Assembly (NCBI RefSeq): GCF_009914755.1
Contig: NC_060926.1
DNA: 64,000 nucleotides
Reading direction: 5' to 3' (one strand)
Source of the DNA: the human T2T-CHM13v2.0 reference genome, Homo sapiens
How positions within the stretch are numbered: position 1 is the stretch's first letter; the number at the start of each line of letters is the position of its first letter. The position numbers and the translations under genes are program-made. Shown here in pieces: positions 55,540 through 64,000 of this stretch. The notes under the pieces are model-generated. The model saw only the letters and a list, made by a program, of their open reading frames with translations. It was not told the origin of the DNA and searched no databases.

Positions 55540-55988
55540 TAGTGATCTCCTTCTCTTGGGGAATAATTCCTTTTCCACTCTATTGTATAATTCTGGTGGA
55601 ACCACCAATTGGTCTGATATTGAGGTCATTATGTGCCACTGGCCCAGCCTATGATTGGACCGAGGTGGCACATGACCCAAATTGGGCCACTTAGAATCTC
55701 CCTTGGGATTTCTGAGAGTGGAGCCTTGTTTCTTGGGCCAACATGCTATGAAATTAATTGGAGGTGGCCATGGACTGTGTTTCCCACCAAGGAGAGAAAG
55801 CCCATCTTTAGCAGGAGAAAAGGAGACCAACACAGGGAAAGAAGCTGAAAGCTCAGAGAGAGAGAGGAATCTAGATATGCCAGAAACCAGATAATTTTGT
55901 TACATGGGCCAATTAATTCCCTTTGTTTGCTTATGCTAATTTTAATTTGGTCTCTGTCTCTTACAATATAAAGAATCCTAATATATGT
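55540..55988 (+). mobile_element. LTR16-like ERVL solo LTR remnant
   Basis: gattgg...ggcacatgacccaaattgggcca and a terminal ...cttacaatataaagaatcctaata motif; by eye. Confidence 0.45.
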
Positions 55989-58319
55989 GGTCAGGTTTAT
56001 AGATCCTTAGACACAATCTAGTCCCATCCCCTTATTTAATTAAAAAAAAAAAATAGAGTCTACTCCTTGTCCAAAGTCAGCAAACAAGCGAGTAATGGAA
56101 TCAGGATATGAACCCAGGTATCCTGAGGTCCTGGCCATACCTGGTTTCCATCATGATCCTGACTTGCCCTGATCCGGGAGCTCCTGTTGTGTTGGGGGAC
56201 AATGAGCTGCCCCACTTGGCCTACACTGCACACCCTCCAGCTCCACAATCAAGTGCAGGGCCCTCAACTCTGCGGACAGGCAGAAATGTCCCTGGAAAAA
56301 GCCTCATATAATCACTGGGCGAAGGTCCCTGGGCCACTTGCTCTCTGCAGGCGTGGAATGCTCCCTAGAGACTGTGTCTGTGCCTGGACCACAACCAGCC
56401 TCTCCTCCTTACATCCACCTTGGCTGGGTGAGGGCCCAGTCACACCTTCATGTGACTGACCCTGGACAGAGGAACCTTCTGGGCTTCACCCACTCAGGCC
56501 CTGCGCACTCCCCCTCCCTGATGCCTTCTCCCTGCTCTCTGTGCAGCCCCTGAGGGCTTCCCAAAACACACTACAGTCCCTTACAGCCACACAGGGTCTT
56601 AGAGATCACCTGAGTCACTCTACAGTTAAGGAAACTGGGGCCCTGCTGGGGGAAGTGACTTGGCCGAAGTCCCATGGGTAATAAGATGCAGCTTGGATAA
56701 CCATTCTTAAGCACCTGCTATGCCCACAGCACTATAGTAGGTGCTGGGGACACAGAGGAAAAGGCGTGGGAAAGTAATGAAAGAGAAAGTAGCATTAAGT
56801 CCAACACAAATGGGCTGAATGTGGGCAGCAGAGGACTGCCAGACTCAAGCCAGCACAGCCCTGCTTCCGGTGTTCGAGGTGAGCTACTGCACTGGTGACT
56901 GGGGTGGACGCACAAGGGCCACACACAGGAGGCAGCCCTGGAGCTGGAGCCAGAGGTGGAGCAGGCAAGAGTGAGAGGGCATCTGCCCCAGGACAGCAAA
57001 GTGAGGAGAGGCTGGGAAGCTCCCGTGATTCACTGAGGTAGGCACATGTCAGGGAGACTGAGGCAGATCACATGAAGAATGGGCAATCCCAGGCTAGGAA
57101 GACTGGACTGGATTCTGGGCAACCAGGGGAGCCACGTAAAGGCTCTGAGCAGGGGAAAGACATTGGTGGAGGCGCCTTAGGGGAGGGCAATCCCCTAAGC
57201 TGGAAAGAGGCCGGAGGCGGGGAGACGGCAACAGCTGTTTAGCAACTGCCTTCCACGTGGCAGGCACGACGCTGGGCACCTGTGGTCAATGCCTCATGCA
57301 ATATTTGCCAATATGAGGCTCAAATCTCACCTCTGTCCACCTCAAAAGGCAACTCAGTGCTCACCGTGGCTACCTACCTACTCTACCCTTGCTGACACCT
57401 CCCCAGGATGGCAGGAGGACAGGTAGGGAGGTGCTCCTGGTACAAAACCCTCAACATCTAGGCCTCCTAGGGCGTGGCCCACAGCAAATGCCCAGTAAGT
57501 ATTTCCCAAGAGAAGGCTGACGCACTGGGCCCTGGGAGAGGCTGAGCCCCGCGCAGCAGGGTCCCAGAGGAACGAGTCCATTCCTGAGGGTGCCGACAGG
57601 GGGCGCCCCCTCCAGGGAATCCCGCAGGGACAGTCTGATGGGAAGCTCAGGAGGGATGCCAGTATCGGATGGGTTGGGCGACCTTTTCAGGCCTTTTGGG
57701 CAGAAAATTCTGACTCTACAGCACCAGGATGAACACTACTACGCATAGGGTGAGTAGGCAAAATAGATGAGGCAAGCTTCACCCCGGCAGGACACCAGGC
57801 CCCCACCCAAACAGCCTGGGCATGAGAGCATCTGGATGGGGCACCTACCCCACCCCCACCTCACTCCTGAAGAGACCAGCTGGCCCTGGGAGTGGAGTCC
57901 AGTTACCACCTTGCCTTCCCCTTGATTCCAGGTCTCTGCCTCCTCCTAGGGCAGTGCCTGTCAGAACCCCATTCCCAACAGCTGTCCTGAGCAGGGCAGC
58001 TCCAGGTCCCGGCTCAGACCCTGCCGGCCAACAGACTTGTTCCTGAAGATTTTCATTTTCATTCTTCTCATGCGACTGTCAAAGCCAACATCTCCAGACT
58101 TAAATCATCTAAAATTGCCTATGACCAAGTCCATATATTTTAACACAAGTGTCAGCCCCCTAAGAATGTACTGTGGCCAGGCTCAGGGGACCCCCTCATG
58201 TCAGCTGCCTGCAGACATCCAGTGTGGAGCTGCATGACCCCCCCAAGTCCTGAGCCAGAAGGGCTGTTCTGGCTGGGGGCAGAGGAGAGGCCTCTAGAAT
58301 AACTCAGGATGCAGCTGCT

Positions 58320-58891
<572 letters not shown>

Positions 58892-59184
58892 TCAAGAAAT
58901 ACTGACTGGGCTCCTTCCATGTGCCAGGTCCTTTGTTAGGTGTGGGGGACACAGCCCCGTCCTGCAGTAAGCCTGCTTTCGAGGGGGAATGAAAGACAAG
59001 TGACTGGGCTGTCTACTCAGGAAGTGTGAGGAGAGGCACATGTTGCTATAGGGGGCCAGAAGACACCTTAATCCCAAGACCGTGAGGTGACACTCCCCCA
59101 AACTGTGGGAATCACAGCCCTTCCCCACCCCAGACTGGTGCAGGTTCCTTCCAGTGTTGGAGATGACAATGATGGTGATGGCGG

Positions 59185-59420
59185 TCACATTTATGGAAGG
59201 CTTACTATGTGTCGGGCAGTGTTGTCAGTGGTCAACGTGTACTTTATCACGAATCCTCACAGCAACACTTTGAAGCAAGTACTGTTACTCTCAATTAGGA
59301 AACTGAGGCAAAGGGTGAGGTTGAAAAACTTGCTCAAGGTCACATGGCTAGAAAGTAGCAAAGCCCAGATTTGAAAGTGGGAAGTCCAATTCCAGAAACT
59401 GCTTCCTTAACCACTTGTAA
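59185..59420 (-). mobile_element. MIR
   Basis: MIR core ggaaactgaggc...acttgctcaaggtcacatggctag. Confidence 0.65.
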
Positions 59421-60726
59421 CTGTGGTTTCAGGCCAAGGGACACACTCAAATTACCAGCACCTATGGGTCCAGTCACACCAGGTGGCTTGTACAGATCTG
59501 AGAATAAAACCCAAAGTGCCACGGGTTGGGGATCATCTGGCCAGCCAGGTCTTCCCTGTCTTGTCTTCTGCCTTGATTCTGACCCCAGAGATCACATGGG
59601 ACTGCAAGAGTTTCCGGGAGGGCTCAGTGATGGAGCACCCAGCAGACCACCAGCATGCCTTAGGGCTGTAGGGGTCACATCCACTGCAAAGGGCTACGTT
59701 CCATGAGAAACACAAAGATGGATCCCAAAGGGCACTGGTCCACAAAGGGCTGACAGGTTGCAGGGTCAGACAGCAGAGATGTCCGTTTTCAGGACACAAG
59801 ACGGAAAACACCGACAGCCAAAAAAGGGGGCCGGGGAGGGTGGGGGAACGGCATTCATTCCCTGCTGGGGAGGGAGGGGAGGCAGCATTTGAGCTGAGTG
59901 GAGGACGGGAGGAAGGGCAACCCAGGCAGAAGGTCCAATCTGGGCAAAGGCCCAGATAGAGAAAGAGAGAGACCAGCGGGCAGAGGCCGGCTGGGAGGGT
60001 GCACGCAGAGAAGGGTGGGGGGAAATGCGTGAACAGCAGTCTAGGACACCTGAACTCAATGCATGAGAGGCCACCGAAGAGACGCTCATTACCAGTGCTG
60101 TGCTTTACAAAAATAACACTAGTTCACAATGGCAAGACCTTCCAGAACGATGCCAAACACACCCAGTGAGGGGGCAAATTCATAGGTACAGGTACAAGGG
60201 TCAAAGTTGGTATAAATTCCAAATTAAAATAAATATGGATAATATTTAAACTGAGCCTTAGGCTGGTTGAACGTGATGTTCCAGAACCCAAATGTTCTGT
60301 CATTGGGTCTGGGGCAGCTGCAGCCATTCTCACTCATGCCATGCATCAACTGACTCATCTGTAAAGCAGTCCCAAAGAGAGGCCAAAAAACCCCTCTTCA
60401 GATCTACAAAAACATGTATCTTTTAGCACTGTCTGTGTTTAGATATACTCATCAATATGTGACAATAACAGTAAACATTGGTAGCATTATACGAGGACAT
60501 ACAAAATCACTATTGGGAGGCCTGTCTTCAATTTTGAATAAAATTCCTATTTGCCACAATGCAGATACTCCCAGATTCGATTTTTCTCAGGTCTTGAGTC
60601 CTGTTTCGTGATTGCAGTACTGCATTATTCTCTCCTGCAACTGACGGCAAAAACCACCATCCCTGCTTGGCAGGCCCCTTTGGAGGCTGAAGGCCAGTGG
60701 CAAGGGGCACTGTTGCCTCTACTGAC

Positions 60727-60815
60727 CTGATTAACCATCTGGTGCTGCTGGACAGTTCTCTTCTCCTTAAATTCTTCTGATTCAATTTTAATTTCATACA
60801 TCGCCCCACAACCTC
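60727..60815 (-). CDS. BOLA3: BOLA3 exon 3 (GGCGAMYEIKIESEEFKEKRTVQQHQMVNQ)
   Basis: Minus-strand attttag| acceptor, CAG|gtcagt donor; 89 nt; SGGCG motif carrying the conserved BOLA3 Cys. Confidence 0.96.
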
Positions 60816-61556
60816 CTAAAATAAACATGATTCAAAAGCATTTCAATTATTAAGTCATGGCAGCCATGGTCCCATATATCCTTGAAGTACTGTACAATCC
60901 AAAGGTCTGAATATTATCATTCAGCACAAAGGAAAGTTGCTAAGACCATTAGGAAAAGATCATGGCTTCCAATCTGACCACATGCTCCTCCTGACAGGCT
61001 GCCACAATCCAAAATGTGCTCTTCCTTTTGCGAGGCAGCTGCACCACCCAGGGTTACCACTTGTGGGCAGGAAAGATAAGGCACAAAGCATGGACAACCT
61101 AGGGAGTGTAGAGTGTTTCCTTTCACTAGGCCAATAAACGCCACGGAAGAGGATGAGAAGGACGGAATTTCAGCGTTCCAGCTTCCAAAGGACCAACAAT
61201 CAGTGTTTTTGAAGTGCAAAAATACACTACAATTTGGTTTGAAAACTGTGTAATACTGTCCAAAGAAAGGAAAGAACCAGGGGAGCATGAGAGCCAGGGA
61301 CACAGCAAACATGCTATGCATGGAGCTGCTCGGGGCTGTCTCTGGCACTGCTGGGTCCACAGCACAGCATCCAGGATTTCATCCTGGCTTTTGGGGGGAG
61401 AACTTTTTGGTGAAGCCCTCGAGGCAGAGCTTGGTGGGCCATCCACCCCCTGCCTGAGCTTTCCTCCACCTGGCTGGAGAGCTGGTGCTGATGACTGATG
61501 ATAAACACACAGCTCTAGCATGAAATAACATGGGCAAGAATATGTCCCCTGCATGA

Positions 61557-61913
<357 letters not shown>

Positions 61914-61961
61914 TGTTCTGTTTTTCTTATAATGTGCTCCAGGAGTCCAAGTTTTGGTTAA

Positions 61962-62760
<799 letters not shown>

Positions 62761-63644
62761 ACCCCAGCAGATCTTTAGATTGATTTATTTCCTGTGGTTT
62801 CCAGAATAAAATCTACTTTCTAAACTTTCTCCTCAATCCTTGGAAATGTTATGTTCTCAGTAAAGTCAGTGAGCCCTCATGGCAATGCTGAGTGGCAAAG
62901 GCTGCCTCTGGGTATGGAGAGATTCAGACTGATGCCTATCCAGCGGCCCACGCCACGGGCCGTTCTGTGTGTACGTGTGTGTGTGTGTGTGGATAAAGGG
63001 CCTATCTTCCCCATCCTGTGGATGCAGAAGTTGCTTCTCCAGCCTGCTCCTAACACACTGCCAGCCTGAACTTCTAGGTGCCAGTGGCCACCTGAGAAGG
63101 ACAGCGCTTGGCTGGGGCTGGTAACTGGGCTTAGGACAGAGTCTCCCCTGAGTCCCGGTTCTGGTTCCAGTTCCACTGTCTCTTCCCTATGAGGAGCTAG
63201 GCAATTCCTTTGGCCTCTCTGGGCTCATTTCCTCTTAGGGAAAGTAAAGCAGCTGAAGAAAATCTTTCTGGGGTCCACTCCAGCTCTGATATCCTAGGGT
63301 GTCAGAAGAATGGGGGAAAATTAGAGCAAAACCTATTCAAAGTCAAATGACAGACTGTGGACCTCAGCTCTAGGGTGACTGAGAGGGACCTTGTCTGAGC
63401 TGAGCCAGGCTGGCAACCTTGAGTCCTCCCAGCTGCGCCTTGTCCTCAGTTTCCCTCTGATATTTCTGAATCCTGACTGCCATCCCATGAGGTGGGGGCA
63501 GCCGAGCTCCACCTGTCCAGCAGCAACACATCTTGAGAAGCCACTCACCAGCAGCAAGCCCCCTCCTCCAAGCCCCTGACCCTCTGTCCTTCCAAAGGGC
63601 AAAATCTTATCCAAGCGCCGTAGGAAGAGTGAGAGAAACCTTAC

Positions 63645-63759
63645 CTGAAATGTCAGTGACTTTTATAGCTGTAGCTCGTGGAAACTTTTCTTTGAGAATT
63701 TGGGTCACTCTGAGCTCCCCCTCAGTCTGAGTGGCAAACATCCGATGGTGAAGTGGAAG
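63645..63759 (-). CDS. BOLA3: BOLA3 exon 2 (LPLHHRMFATQTEGELRVTQILKEKFPRATAIKVTDIS-G)
   Basis: Minus-strand ttctgtggcag| acceptor and TCAG|gtaagg donor; 115 nt; BolA-family sequence. Confidence 0.95.
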
Positions 63760-64000
63760 CTGCCACAGAACAGAGAGGAAGGTCAGGGCAGAGGAAGATG
63801 CTGTTGCCCCTGAGCTGGGCCACTGTGCAGGCCCGCCTGCCATTCCCCCTGCAAGGCAGGCCCCTGAGCCCTCGCCAGCACAGCCATGGGTTATGTCAGA
63901 GGGGCTCTGTGGTATCAGGAGTCCATGTAAGTGCCCCAAAACACAGAATAAACTTTTATTGGCGGGGACAGGATGATTGTTAATAACTCAATTTGACTCC

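Overview
Mammalian (human-type, Alu-rich) genomic DNA that I recognise as the TET3-BOLA3 interval (chr2p13.1 from established knowledge). The + strand carries the last six coding exons of TET3 (6280-20633). They splice in frame to 902 aa covering the Cys-rich and DSBH catalytic domains with HxD...H and R motifs, followed by a ~6 kb 3'UTR ending near 26630. The - strand carries BOLA3 exons 2-4 (63759 down to 54048); exon 1 lies beyond the window. Between the genes lie an old L1 with nested insertions, a Tigger2 derivative, two orphan CpG-island promoter-like regions and a decayed FNBP1 (FBP17) processed pseudogene. The most unusual object is a 1.74 kb insertion in the last codons of that pseudogene, bounded by a perfect 16-bp target-site duplication. 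It is a hexamer-less SVA whose 5' end is Alu pieces plus a 105-nt foreign exon-like segment joined exactly at an SVA cryptic splice acceptor, suggesting exon trapping followed by 5' transduction. Other points of note are a 22-aa Trp-periodic repeat in the TET3 low-complexity insert, at least 12 miR-29 seed sites in the TET3 3'UTR, a candidate ancient L1 3' transduction and a dual-frame BOLA3 last exon. Repeat family and subfamily names are by eye and need RepeatMasker/Dfam confirmation. I see no prokaryote-type systems such as CRISPR.
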